Source: Eutreptiella sp. 'Long Island Sound 2002' (taxonomy: Eukaryota; Protista; Euglenida). From it: DNA of 64,000 nucleotides. The stretch covers positions 165,664,001 through 165,728,000 of the forward strand of contig OZ038378.1 in assembly GCA_964036045.1 (NCBI GenBank), in the 5' to 3' direction. Below the pieces are notes generated by a model. It was not told where the DNA came from. It saw only the letters and a list, made by a program, of their open reading frames with translations, and ran no database searches. A program made the translations under genes and the position numbers. Position 1 is the first letter of the stretch. Each line of letters begins with the position of its first letter. Positions 46,601 to 60,600 of this stretch are shown piece by piece.

Positions 46601-49389
46601 ATTGCGCACAAGGAGAACAGGGATAGCCCCCCCCCCCCCCCCCCCCCACATCCCACTTCTCATTGCACAGCAGTTTCCCCTACCTGTGGTCAAGTGCATG
46701 TACACCGCGAGCGAGTTATTGTGCACCCCTGCCTCACGGCCATGAAATGACATGGCCCGTTTTAAGTCCCCAAAGCTGGGTGTCCAGCTTGAGCCTTTTT
46801 GCTGGTCGTGCGATCAGCCTGAGCCCAGGCACACCGCATCTGTGACGCCGGTTGGCTATGGACAGCTCTGCGGCCCTGGGCCCCGCCGTGCGGTGGGTGC
46901 CATAAAACACAACTGTTGTAAGGCTCTATGCATAGAAAGGATGCATTTATGATTCTTAGCCGCTACATTTTGGCAATTTGGGGCAAAAATGTACCAGCTG
47001 AGAATTAGTAGTTCCAAGCCGGTACATTTTAGCCAAAAAATGTGAAAATGTACCTGCTGAGAATTTTGTGGTCGTGAAGAGAGTGCAATAGGTTTGCCAC
47101 TTGCTCCCATGTGCTCAACCCGCACCGTGTTGGACTGGCCACACAGTCCACGAGGGATTGTAGGAGCTGGCGGTAAGATTTCTAAGGCCACTAATCATCG
47201 CAAAACAACAATTTCACGGGTTTTGGAGTGTCCATGGCCCTAGCCACATGGGTCTAGCAAACAGTATGTAGGTACCCATGGGTGGTAGAGCACCCGTATT
47301 ATCAATAAAAAAAATGACCCAAGCCCATCCCAAAGCCCACACAAGGTTTTTGAAGAAAAAAATCAAACTTTCAAAAATTTTCCGGTACCCCAAGAGGCCC
47401 CCGCAACAAGGACCACCACTGTGTTTCTTTGAAATCCCAAGGGCTGCTGGGGCATCCCGCCTATGACCTCGGCCGAAGCCACCTCCCAGGTCACACACTC
47501 TGCTGGGGTTTCCCGCCAGGCCCCTTCAGCGACCACAGAGTATCCTTGATTGTGTCCACGTTGCCCCTGTCCACTATTCCAAGCATAGGGGCCGTGCGAT
47601 GCATCCCATATTTTTTTCATCAAAAAGGCCAAACCCAAATGTGCCATGTGCCCCGAGGGCACTGTACTCGCTAAGTGCAGATTTAGGCAATGCATGGGTG
47701 TACATAGGGAAGTCGGCTCTGCCCATGGTTCCCCGTTGAGGTCGGTGTGTAGTTGTGGATGTGGATTTCCCACTCCGTTGGATTCCAGTGAGCCTTGTGT
47801 TGTTTGGGCAGGTGCTGTAGTGGCACCCCCCACAAGCTGGGGTCCCACTCCTCATGCGCCGTTTACATATGAGGTATAAGGTTTGGCGGGCCATTTTGGT
47901 TGTGTGCGAATACCCTGTTGTTTTCCGTTCGCATGCCCATGTATAGGTGTGCAGCAATCGTGTCCACTCATGCTGTTGGCGCAGCAAGTAATGACCATGT
48001 TCGTTGCGCGTGGAGGTAGTCGTCCCCTCACTTTTCTATATTCCTATAGCAGTCATGCAGGTGTACAATGTGTTGGGCCATATTGTAACGGCGGCGCATT
48101 TCTGTTTTAGCCAGTGTGTATGCCTTTCGTGCGTCATCGCACGCCTTGTGCAACGCTGCACCCACTTATCGTTTGCATACATGAATTTGTAGTTGGGTGG
48201 TGACCACTGTGTATAGTCACGCTTTGCTGGGTCGGCTTGCCCATAGATGGCCTTTAATCCTCTGACTTGGTGCAATGAGCGTCCGCACGTATGTGTGCAC
48301 TGGTAGGTTCTCATCACCACATGCATGTGTTGGTGTGCCAACTCTTCCAGCCGGTGTTGATGGCAGGTCCATCCGTTGCAGAGCTACACAGCATTCAAAC
48401 AAGGCCGCTTGGGCGGGATGGTCAGGTTGTCTAGCGGTTGCTGTAGGATGGTTCTGGTGAACCAATGGACAACGTCGCTATTGTTTGCGCACCGTGCCCC
48501 CGAGAGCCACACCTCAGTTTTAGCAAAAAAAAAAAATGAAAGCACACAAGCACAGACACCAAAAGCAGACAAACAACTCGACAGTGTGCCGCGCCCCCAT
48601 GGGGGGAATGTCACTGAAGCCCGAAAGGGCAATAGAAGGCGCTCTCAGCGTATAGGGTGGGACGGGTGGATTGCAGGCTCAAATGCAAAAAATTGAACTG
48701 CACCAAGACACACACACATGCACACCACACGCACACACACATGCACACCATGAACAGAGCTAAACCATAGATCAGAACGTGATCTAAGATTTAGCAAAAA
48801 ACGAAAGCACACAAGCACAAACACCAAAAGCAGACAAACAACTCGACAGTGTGCCGCGCCCCCGTGGTTCATGCCAATCCTTATGCAACACATACCCACA
48901 CAGACAGCCACTCACGTCGGCAACTGCAATGACTACACGACCTGCCCCGTGCCCCTCAACAACCATGAAGGCCAGAGGGGTGACCAAGGCCAACCCCAAA
49001 ACCACAAGACATGCCGGTTGTCTCCACCTCACAACCCAATACCGCACTTCCAACTGTGGGCCTCGCCCCCGCGTGTCTGTTCCATGCCAATCCCTGTGCA
49101 AGACATACCCACATAGACAACCACTTACGTGGTCAACCGCAACGGCTACGCGATCTGCCCTGTGCCCCTCAACAACCATAAAGGCCAGGGGGGCGACCAG
49201 GGCCAGCCCCAAAACCATAAGATAAATCGGCGGTCTCCACTCCACACCCCAAAACCGCACTTTCCCGGCAAAGGTGCAACCAAATGGGGTGCGCAGGACC
49301 AAGATGAAAAGCGCCGCCAACCGGCGGCCTGAACAAAACAAGCACGCAGGCCGGGCATCACATCCCGAGGGGGGGCCACGTCGCCCCCC

Positions 49390-49865
49390 TCAAGGGTCGA
49401 ACAAGCACGCCACACCCACCACCGGCCTTACAGACCCCTGCACAAAAATGTAGGGCATGCGTCTGCCCTGGTACATGCGGTGCTGGCTGAGGGTCAGGTA
49501 CCCGTCCCCAAGCCGTACACCACCCGCCACTTGTGCGAGCACATGTGGTGCTGGCCCGTCCGCTTCACGTTGGGGGTGCCCTCTGGGCGGAAGGCTTGGG
49601 CAGGCTCGTCGTGCAGGCGCCGCGCTATGTCGCACACAGCGTCCTGCAGCACCGCCGGCGCAAGGGGCTCCGGGATGTCGACGTGGAAGAAGATCTTCAC
49701 CGCCGACGCCAGCAGCACACGCCGCACTGGACGACGGGCAAGCAGCCCGCGGAGGGCCCTACGTAGCCGCTCCCCGCCCCGCATTCGCCTTCGGGCGACC
49801 GCCGCCGGGGACCAGCGGTGCGTGCGCCGAACCCTGTTGCGGCGCTTGACCCTCTTCCTCGCCAT
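49390..49865 (-). CDS. Cargo ORF of the split-repeat element (~158 aa once one G is restored at 49506-49509): Arg-rich N-terminus plus small alpha/beta domain
   Basis: ATG at 49865; strong GC3 bias continues across the one-base frameshift to TGA at 49390. Confidence 0.65.
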
Positions 49866-49950
49866 GACAAGTGTAGTGAAAATTGGGATGCAGGCACACA
49901 GGCATGCCCCACAAGGCCACAGGCAGGAAACTCACAACTGAGCCCAGACC

Positions 49951-51160
49951 CTAGGTCATGACTCCCATGGATCCTGTACTGCAAGACAACCTCATGAAAT
50001 TCCGCCCCAGCCTGGAGAGCATGCCATCGGAGGCCTGACTGCCAAGACTGGGGGCAAATGGACCCATGGGAACGCCCAAGGTCCACAAAAAATCTGTCTT
50101 GCGGTCTGGAAAAGCCCATAAATTGCCTACTCTACGTGTTGCAGCTTCACGTGCCAGGGCCAAGTTCCAACCAAACTGGTCATGCAGTTTGCCGATGCGG
50201 TCCGCTGGATTCGCCGTCCCACGCACCCAGTGGTAATACACAGTAAAGCCCGGGCAAGAGGCCCAAAGGTACCCGAAGCTCTTCAACAAGCGCTGCTGAT
50301 ACACCCTCCCTACACCCGCCTTACACCTTAGGAACTGGACCAGTGCCGCCGCATTATCCCCAAACAAATGTGCCTCTCGTATTCCTACATTCAAATTAAT
50401 TTCACGCCCCACAAGAGGGCTCTCGCCTCTACACATTGCTTGTTCGGCGGCTGTTCAGGGTGCACTGCCGATCTCGAACCGAGGTCGAGTGAGAAAAGCC
50501 CCAAGCGGTACACCCCTCCATCTAGCACAACATCCACATACACGAACACTGGCTGTCTACGCACCACCCGCGGATAGAACACCACAGACCAACCCGGCAA
50601 CACCATCACACACACCACACACATAGAGCGCAGTAACTTGACAGGGGTAAACTGCAGGCGAGGGGGTCCCCACAACACATGGGCCTAGACCCCCGACAAA
50701 TGGGGGCTATGTCCAAACCAGGTCTACGAAGCCACTGCGCATGCCCCAAAAATTGTTGGAAGTGCCGCATAATACAGCCACCAACAGACAACCGCAGCCA
50801 GTGTGCCACCAACGCTTCCCAGGTACTTCCCGCCGTCCGCAAGCTGCCCCCACCCAGGTCTACGTCCTTCCCAAGCCACACCAGGCGTGTAACCGGCTCC
50901 AGTGTGCTCTTAGGGCTTATAACCCCACCCGCTGCACGCAATGCCTCCATTGCACGCCGAGCCTGTTTACGCACGCGTGCTTTACCCCGTCCCACAATGA
51001 GCACATCGTCGATGTAGATTAAAACCAGCACGCCCACCAAACCAATCTCCTCTACTAACCTCTCCAAGACTTTCTAGCACAAAATTGGACTATACTTCCA
51101 CCCAAAAGGCAAACATCTGAAGGACAAAACGCCTCCATCGCCATCCGAAACACGGAAAGT
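49951..51160 (-). pseudogene. DIRS-type RT-RNase H, disrupted by stops and frameshifts
   Basis: SFRCLPFGWKYSPILC*, LIYIDDVLI, LVWLGKDVD, VFVYVD, CVEARAL, LFGDNAAAL, HWVRGTANPAD. Confidence 0.85.
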
Positions 51161-51199
51161 GCCCTTGGGGCTTGGCATCCAGTTCTCTAATTTTCAGCA

Positions 51200-51660
51200 A
51201 CTCAGCCTTGCACAATGGGGGCACCCCCGCCATTTTTCTCTTTGCCGCGGTCTAGGACTACGCACTCACCTCCGCCAACTCCCTGCGCGGCTGCTCCATC
51301 GCCATACGCTGGTCCTCCACCAGCTTCTTCTACTCCTGCAACTTTGGCGTGGCACTGTGAGGCGGCGCTGGCTTCATGAAACCCACTCCCTCCACGTGGA
51401 GTCTGCACTGCGCCATGACGCAAAAAGCACCGATCATTTTTGGAAGACCCACCTTGCTGTCCACTGGTACCCCAAATCTCTGCACAAATGTGTCCTCCGA
51501 TTCCTTTCTTCTGTCTAGCAAAATTGACAACGCCATTTCAACCGTCGACGTTGCCCGTGCGATTTCGATGAAGGGAACCGAGTCGATAAAAGTGGAGCAA
51601 ATATTGCCCTTGGCAAACGCCGCGAAATCTGTCATCGACATATCTGCTGGCCGGGTCTAT
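51200..51660 (-). pseudogene. Gag-like/ORF1 remnant of the split-repeat element
   Basis: Directly after repeat A1; codon-like with a coiled-coil-like stretch and internal stops; abuts mid-RT, implying an internal deletion. Confidence 0.45.
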
Positions 51661-54600
51661 GCTTAGATATCATGGAGCTTGACTCTACGTGTGACCCGTT
51701 GTTGGCCTGCAGGCTCAAATGCAAAAAATTGCACCGCACCAAGACACACACACATGCACACCACGAACAGAGCTAAACCATAGATCAGAACGTGATCTAA
51801 GACTTAATGGCTGGGCTTGGTCCGCTTTCTAATTTTGTGATCCGTGTCAACTTGGAGGGCACCCCTACCTACTAACGTAGGTTTTTGGTGGCTTCTTGCT
51901 GGTTGTGTTGTGGTTTGGACAATTACAATGGTGACTTTAGAGCAGCCTTCCGCGTCCACGCCCCACAGCAAGTTTACGGGGCCGAGACAATGGTGTGTGC
52001 CCTAGCTTCCAACATGGATGGGGAGTGGGACGAAATCATCCTCAACAACCAGGGGCCAGAACAAGACTACCAAGACACCATAATGTCATAACCAAACAGT
52101 TGACCGTACGTTGGACCCTGGATAACGGGACCCGTCCACAACAACTACTCATAAAGACCATAAAGACATGTAGGGCAACAATGAATCTGATGCTCTAGCC
52201 ATGCTCTAGCCAACATGGGCGACAACCGTGCCATGCACGCCATCACGCCATCCCACCTTGGCTCCGTCGGCTTCCAGGAAATGGTCTTGAACGCGCCCAC
52301 GTTACCCCACCCCTGTACCGGGGCATCTACAAGCCAAGGCCATGGAATGAGGTAAAACAGCAGTTTCCAGGGTTTGGGAGGCCCATGGCATTAGCCACAT
52401 GGGTCTAGCAGCCATTATGTGGGTCCCCATGAATGCTAGAGTACTTGCATTGTCACCAAAACATGACCCAAACCCATCCCAAAGCCCACAAAAGGGTTCA
52501 GAAAATAATCAAGTTTTCAGGTGCCACGCAACAATGAAAACGGGCAATTTTTCAAAATTTTTCAGGGGCTTTGGGTGGCGCTAGTCACATGGATCTAGCA
52601 ACCACTACATGGGGCCCCATGGGTGCTAGAGTCCGTGTACTGGCACGGCTGGGTCAAATGAAAAACAAAGGGGGGGGGTAGTTGTTGTGACGTAAAATGA
52701 TGCTTTTACAAAAAAAACGTTTAAGATTTACCCCTTGGGGTATGCTATGCGAAGCCCCCCCCAAAGGGGCCTATGTGCACTTCTGGTGCCTGTGTGTGAT
52801 CTAACAACTTCTTTGAGGTGATTTTGCAGAATTCTTGATCCCATCCAGGAAAGGGTGGGGTTGCTTCCTATGGGCACTTATGGTCACGGCTGGAAATTTG
52901 AGCCATTGAAGCAACTGCAACCTGCTTCATGCTTCGGTCCGTAGATGGAGGGGGGGGGGGGGGGGCGTTCCATGAGGAGTGGTACATTACCATGTTCTAC
53001 AACTGGGGGGGGGGGTCTAAGAACATGAGCCAAGCAAAGGTACAGGTGCAACATTTGGTGGACTTTAACACAGCCACCTACCAAGAGCTACTGAATTGCA
53101 ACCACTGAAAGGCACATAACTGCAAGGAGGAGTTACGCGGGGGGTGCAATAAAGGCCGTGTCAGTGTGATGGTTGGCACTGGACAGTTTGGGGAGGGGGG
53201 GGGGTCTAAAAGCTGTAAAGGCACTAGAACTTGTTTGAACAGCAAAAAAAAAAAACCTCTTTGACACATGTGGGTAAGAAATACAGCAGCCCACTGCTTG
53301 TCACTGGAACAGATCAAAAGGGAGTAGCTTGTACTTTTTGATGCAAACTGCTGCTACATCCACTATCTACATTTACATTAGTGATGAACCACAAGATAGC
53401 CAGGGCCGCTGCATACTGCTTACAGTGGGCTACTAGGGAATGTATTGCGTGCCAGGAAACTGGCACAAACACTCCAAAATGAGCCGCAGCCTTGGAAACT
53501 GCACTGTATTCTGTGGTTCACAACAAAGCATATCCCCAGGACCATGTCTTTGGGGAAGAAAGTGAAGCAGGACAACAGTTGCTGCCTGGCAGGTGTAAAA
53601 GAGATTGGAGCAATTGTTGTACGCTTGCGCAATTGCCCAATTGGTGCACCAAGTGGTGTCAATTTCAAGGTGCTGCCATGGAAAGGAACAGGTCACTAGT
53701 GACGTCAAAGAGTGAAAAGAAGGAGGAAAACATTCATCTTGTAGTTGAAAATACCCTGGCAATTTGAATGTTTCAAACTTACAAGAGGTTGGTGTTGCAT
53801 TTCCTACACTGGAGAGTAGTGTTGTTCACACATATGCTGTTTTGCAAATGTGCAAATTTCACGCAGTCAATGACAAATTGCATACTTTCCTCACAATTTT
53901 TTTTTGCAAAATATCCCAACCGACACTTGAGTGGGATTGAAAAAAAAGAAATTCTGTGGAACAACAGTCCATGTGTGCAGCTGCATATGCACTGTAACCA
54001 TTTTGGGCTGTTGTGGCATGATGCAGCATGCTGTAATATCCCCACGTATGCGTCTGAAAATCTAGTGCTGCGGCATGCTGCGGCGGCAGGTGTCAGCACT
54101 CCAATACAGGTGATGAAAAGGCGGGAAATGGCAGGAATAAAACAAAGTAGCAACACACTGGTGCATAATAATAATATCTTCACTACTGCGCAATTGATAA
54201 TCTTCTGCACATCATAATTTCCTTAAGAGTGCTCGAGTTGTGCCTTGTGCATACAGAGTCCATAATGACTCATCACATGAACTCGTCATGCGCCACCCAA
54301 TCACAGGCAAAAAAATACACAGAGCAAGGCAAATACAAAGAGCACTATGTAAAGATGATAACACCAGGTCGTGCAGTACATCACTTTGAAAAGTAACTCA
54401 AAATCACAGTATATTCTTAGGCTGGCTTCATAAACCTCTAACACACATCAGTGTTGCCGGCCAAAATCCTCAGATTGTAGCAGTACATATCATCACCATC
54501 CATCAACTTTTTACTCAATACCTTGCCTCCATTGATACACATCCTGTCCTCCACAGCCCCAGTCTGCCAACCACAATCCCATGCAACCCACACCTAACAT

Positions 54601-57600
54601 CCCCACATCCCCATACATCCCCACAACATACTTTCTCAGTGCTGTTGCACACCGCTGCAAATCAGACAAGAGCCCAGCATCCTAATGAGCCCCTTCATCT
54701 ATGGTTGTTGTTGAGGATTGCGGGTAACAGCACTGCCTAGAGGGCTGGTGGATGGTGGATGTGGCTGACCAAAGAAGAAAGAAATGTGCTCTCTGTTCCA
54801 TAATGCTGTGTGTTTCTTCCCACAGTGCTGTGTACTGCCCTACGTCAGCAAAACGTGTACCGCTTCAATCTCAGAACTGATGGACAGTGAACTGCGTCAG
54901 AACTAAGGTAGTCAAGACTGCATGATTGGTAAACAAAGGTGAGGAAATGCACCCTTCACGGACCTTGACATTTGCTTCACAAAAGGGTAGAAATTCATTT
55001 TGAAAAAAGAAATTGCCCCTCCAGAGGACCCTAACCCTGACCCTAACCCAGAGGAGGGGGAGGGGGAGGATGGCCAAGCAGCCAAAATGGGGTGGGTTGG
55101 GGTGAGGGCAGGGGTCCAATTTTTTTTCATGTTTTTCAGAAATATTTGATGTCTCCATAAAATTCTCAGCATTTTGAGTATACACACATGGGGTGAAAAA
55201 AAATTTTTAATCCTTGCCATGCAACAAAAAAGAACTTGGCGCCTTCAGTGCCCAGGTTCTGAGCCAAAATCTGAAATTGGCGAAAGGCAAGTTCGAGAAC
55301 TGTGGGGGGTCTGGTGTGGGGGGTGTGACCAAATTAAAAAACAGACAAATGCAAACCAGAGGTAATGCACTCCACAGTGAGGCATAAGTGCATCTTTATT
55401 CTCAATGCCAAACCTGGTTAAACCTCAAGACACACACTGGAGTCTGGAGTGGGGGGGGGGGGGTGCGAGTTCTGAACCAGGGTGCCCCCCCTTTTTGGAG
55501 CACTGCAGTCACAAGCGGCAGAATGCCAGCACAAACTCACGTTGCGCTCACCACCAACCCAAGTCTCGCGAAGCCACGTTGCCAAATAGGTGCACCTGCA
55601 GCGGATAAAATTTATTGGTAAATAACATGGGCTCTCTTGGCTGAATTCTCAAACAGATCAGGTGCCCGGAGCTAAAGTAGCTGTGCAGTGCGCAGAAGAC
55701 CACTACAGACCTCAACACAACCTTTCACCACCCTCTCCTTTCCAATCCTCCTCAGCCCTCAACGATTCCTGTTCCACCGACCCCCGTGCTTGCGGCAAAG
55801 CCTTCAACCAAAATCCTCTGCAAGGGCCCCCAGCTCTGCATTACCCTGGATAGGCCTCAGGCACAAGCGCGTCGTGCCTGCAAACCGACCCCCATCTGCT
55901 GGATTGCGAAACACATGCCAGAACTGCGTCTTGTGCACAGTCAGAGCAACACTGAACACACAAATCAACCCGCATGTGTTTTTCCTTTTTTTTTGTGGGC
56001 CTTTGGTTTGGGCTTTCCTTCGCGTTTATGGCCCCACCCCCGATGGAGAAGGGGTACCACCCCTCCAACACTCTATAACCTTCACATTCCTCTTTTACTG
56101 TCAAATACCAACACCCCACCATGTCCGTCTATGGAATAATGAACCATGCTGAACCTGGGTGGGGAAAACGGCCAGTGGCATAGCTGACGCACCAACAATA
56201 TCAATATCAGATTAAGTGGCAAGAATCGTGATGTGGGGCTTCTTCATGCATTGTGTTTGTGAATACACCATCAATTTTGCATCAACATTTGTATCGTCCC
56301 TGGACGCTCTCCCTTCGTGCTTCCCCACCCTTTGTCTTTCCCCAGAGGGAAAAACCATCACTTTGGCCAGACGGAGCAAAAATCGTGCCATAGCCCTCAG
56401 GCACCAAGGTCTGAAGTGTACCATATTTCGCCATTTTTGGGGGATGCCCCCTCCCTTCTCCCCCGCAGATGGTTCTTTCCGCTTCCCCCACCCTTCGTCC
56501 CGATCCCTTGGGGACGCTTGGGGTGCGTCTTTTTTTTTTTGCACCGGCACTCTGCTTTCTACTCCTTTCCTGCGGATGCCCCCCTGCCGCCCACTCTTCA
56601 CGTCACGTCACCGCGGATGATTCTATCCACGTACCCCTGTTGCATTTGGATACACTCCCCTGAGGAGGAGGTGGGGTGGGGTGGGGTGCATGTACACAAT
56701 ATATAAAATCCCTGCGGACTGCCACTAGGCATAGACTCTCCCCACTGGGGCCCATCAATTGCTGCTCACATCGCACACTTGCTGCAGAAATACCACAAGA
56801 CAGAGTGCGGGGCGGAAATGCGTTTTACTTGTGACCCCAATAGACCACTGGGGATAACTTCCGCTGTTGCACCCATTTTTTTATCTATCGTTGTGCTCCA
56901 TCAGTGCACATATAGTCTCCGTGTTCCAGGTCCACACGCCAAGAGCAGAGCCAAACCTCCCGGGGCACCCAATGTGCTGAGTGCTGACGCACCAGGGCTG
57001 TCTGGAAGCAAGTTTGCTGACCCCCACAGGTCCACAAGGGCCTGCAACCAATCGCCATCATCAATATTCAATCAACTCCTCAATTCCTTCAGGTGCTGTT
57101 GCATGCCTCCTGTCAATGCCCCTCAGTCCCACCCAGCCGCATCCAATGTTCTGCAATGTAGAGGTGTGCTTACTTCTTCTTTTCCTTTGAATCTCCACCC
57201 CCACCAAAGTATTTGTTGATGTAAAACCGTTGCAACTGCTTGAGGTCTTCGAAGCCCTGAGCACAAAATGAGGGCGGCATGCAGGGTTGAATTCCTTGAC
57301 CAGTCCTACGCCCCTACCCCCCCAACCATGAAATGTGACGCAGCAAAAGCACCAAAAGTTGCAGAAGGGCAACCATCACGTTTTTTGCATTGTTTCTACA
57401 AGTTGTTGTTTGTAAAGGGGCCAGGGTGTGTGTGCCGACAGGCTTCACGTGCAGTCTTTCCCAAGACCACCGCAGTAGAGGGTGCTCTGAACAGCCGACA
57501 TGCGACACGTCACACAAGGCCAGGGATCAAAAGGGGGCAAGGGGGATAGGAGTAGCGGTTGTGTACCTGGGCAGGTGCAGGCTTGGCATAACGATCAATT

Positions 57601-60600
57601 ACATGTTACCTACCTCCTCCTTTATCCAGGGTCACACACGGGACTTCCCAGCACGCCATGACAACCCGTGTGCTGCCCCAGAGAATTGAACCTGGGCTTC
57701 CTGGACAGTTTGGGACAAAAATTAGATATGACCTCCAAATGATCATTTCATTGACGCCCAGTTCTTGCTCTGCACCGCAGAGCGCACAGTTTCACCACTT
57801 CGCATTTGTTTCGTATTACAGCCAAAAAATTCGGAAAGCAGACACAGTCTAAAGACCAAAGGCCAGTCATGCCACCAACATCAGGAGTTGTGTCACAAGT
57901 CATCCAACACACCATGTCACAAGATGGGCAACATAGGGTAGAGACTTCCTTGGCTAAAAATACATGGTATGGTCTGGATTTCTTTTCAGAGGAAGGGCGG
58001 CATCACTTTGGCAAAATGTATCACAGCTCCAATACTGCTTCTTCCCCAGACCCCAAGGGGAAAGATTGAGTACAAAGACCGCAAGGGCGACAATGCACCT
58101 CATATTATCATCCTACCAGCATGAGTACCTCTTGATGCCACAGGAGGAGTAGGTGACACAGTCTGAAACGGAAGCAGGAAAAAAAAAACCTGCACTGTGC
58201 ACTGTAGCAGAAAATGTGGTCCTTGCTTGCACTTGGCCAGCCATTGGCTGGATACCAACGGGTTGACTAATCAACCAACAGGGCTGGAGGTTAATGTACC
58301 GCTGTGAGTTAACTTCCACATTCAGCGGCAAGCCTCATCATAAAACCGCATCACAATTCTCATCACAGCGCTTGCGCTGCATGATCACACTGACCACCAA
58401 GTACAGGGCCTACGTCTGTCTTAATTTGTCCAAACAAGCCTAAAGGTCAGTGCGTTTATTTTGTCAGATCTAACAATCACGGTCATCCATATCTTCAGTG
58501 TACTTGACATTATAATTAGTAGAAGACAAACGATAAGGAAAGCCCTACCAGAGGAGAACAACCAATTGGCTGTCAATCAACACAGAAACATCAACATGGT
58601 GACATAATCAGGGATAGTGGTAAAATTCTAGGATATCACATGCTGCAGCATTTTAGTTGACTATACAGCTGGTGCTTGCCCATTCACACCACTCCTCCCC
58701 ATGTCCTTGGGCATTCACAATTGATAGCATACCACCTTTGATGACAACACATCCAAAGTCACCCTTAAAGGTGGATTGGACATCAGCTAGAAGTAAAATT
58801 ACAGGCCAATTTGAGTGCTCATTCTGAAATGGTACATTTACACAAGCTGCAGACAAAATTATGGGCACGTTTGATAGCTCATCCTTGAAGGTGGCACCTA
58901 CATGAGCCGCAACCAAAAATATGGGCATGTTTGATGCGCTCAACTGAAGGCAGCATCTCCAGCCCCCAACAAGCAAGGGTTGAAGGAATAACCCCAACTG
59001 GCCGTGCCCTTGCAGGAGATAGCTCTAGCTGTGTACTGGGCTTGCCGCATCTGTGGTACTGGGATTTTGGAATGAGCATCAAAATCTGATGCTAGCTCTA
59101 TGAAGGGGACCTGACCCATACGTATTGGTGCCCACATGTCAAGAGTGTGGTGCTGGGATGCATCACCCAAACAAGGCCAGTTCCATGCATCAAAATGGGG
59201 ATTCTCTGTTCCCCAGACACCACTTTCTAGAGGTTCTCTCAGTTGCGGCCCCATGAATTGTCACTGAAATGTTCATTGACTGTGGCTGTACATTCAGGCC
59301 AACGAGAAATGGTGGAGTCCTGGAATCCGCCTGCTTGCACCAAGGGAGGTAGTAGATGTTGAGCAGATTACATGAGCAAACGCGCGCATGCTCAACTCAC
59401 TCTAGCGTCAAACTGGTCATCAACTGTTGCGATTGTTGCCAGTACCTCCTCACCATACTCCTGTGTCAGCTTGGTTATCCCACTGGCATGCTTGTTTGCA
59501 AGAGGGCCATGGGCACTTTTCCAAACAAGCAAGCCAGCCAATCTTGGAGCTGTACGTGTCAGCCGCCACAATCACTTCAGTTTGAGATGGCTGAGCGTGT
59601 GGTTGTATGCAAGCAAGGTGAGCAAATGAGCAACTGCACCTTGCACAAAAGAATGGTATTCCTCTGAGGTGTAGAATAAGATGCAATATACGGGGCAAAA
59701 ATAACGTGTGTGGTATTGCACGGTCATTGCGCTCGAAATATAGTAGAACGTTTTTGGCACTTGGAGGTCCAAAACATGAAAGGCTGCACAATTCATGAAC
59801 GAAGATTTTAGGGGTGCAAACATCATTTTTGGTGAAAATTTGTATTTTTGTGGGTTTTTGTGTCCTTTTTCTACAACGTGACACGTATGGTGTATGTCTT
59901 CAGGGGTTGGAGTTCATCCAATGGAAGCAGTGTACTGAGATCTATGATGTGACAGCCTATATATTACTACACCTCTTCCCCATAAATCCGCCGCAAGCAA
60001 GCAAGCAACAAGCAACATGCACTTAACCAATCCGTTTTGTGAATTACTCTGTCATAGCTTGGCGCCAGTCGCAATTCTAGTGGCTTGTACCCCCAACTGT
60101 GACCTTGTCGGATACCAAAGTTGAGCCGAAAAATCACCCTTGCGGTCCGGGGTGCCAGCCACAAGTCGGGAGGTGCCCTCCCAAATCTGCACACTTTCAG
60201 GCCAAAAAAAGCCTTTTTTGGCCTGAAACAGTCCAAAAGTTCCGCAAACCGGCCAAATAAAGGGAACAAGATGGCATATGCCCCAACCGGCTGGCTCTTT
60301 CTCAAAAACGTATGTGCAGTGTATGTACAGTGTCTGTGCAGTGCTGCAGGCCCCCGTCTGCGCCTCAACAAGCAATACACAAGCAAATCACATATCTCAA
60401 AATGATTGCCACATTGCACTGACCATTTTCAGATAGGTATGTGCTGGGTTGTGTTTTGTTTGGTTTCTGAAAATTTGACTAAGCTACCCCCGAGGCCAGT
60501 ACCTCCAAACACTTGGGTATGCAGACCATATTTTTGTTACCGCAACATTCACAGGAAACCTCAATCCACCACATTGCCACATTGCCACATTGGGGATCCC

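Larger units (their letters stand above)
48519..51802 (-). mobile_element. Decayed DIRS-order (PAT/Ngaro/TATE-like) retroelement with split direct repeats; recombinase not present
   Basis: A1 51708-51802, B1 48790-48863, A2 48672-48789, B2 48519-48598. Interior has RT (LPFG, YIDD) and RNase H remnants. Confidence 0.8.

Noticed and set aside
53779-54210. Hydrophobic ORF as the TM1 exon
   Set aside because: AT-rich codon usage unlike the other exons and no convincing splice pair; 60862-61053 fits better.
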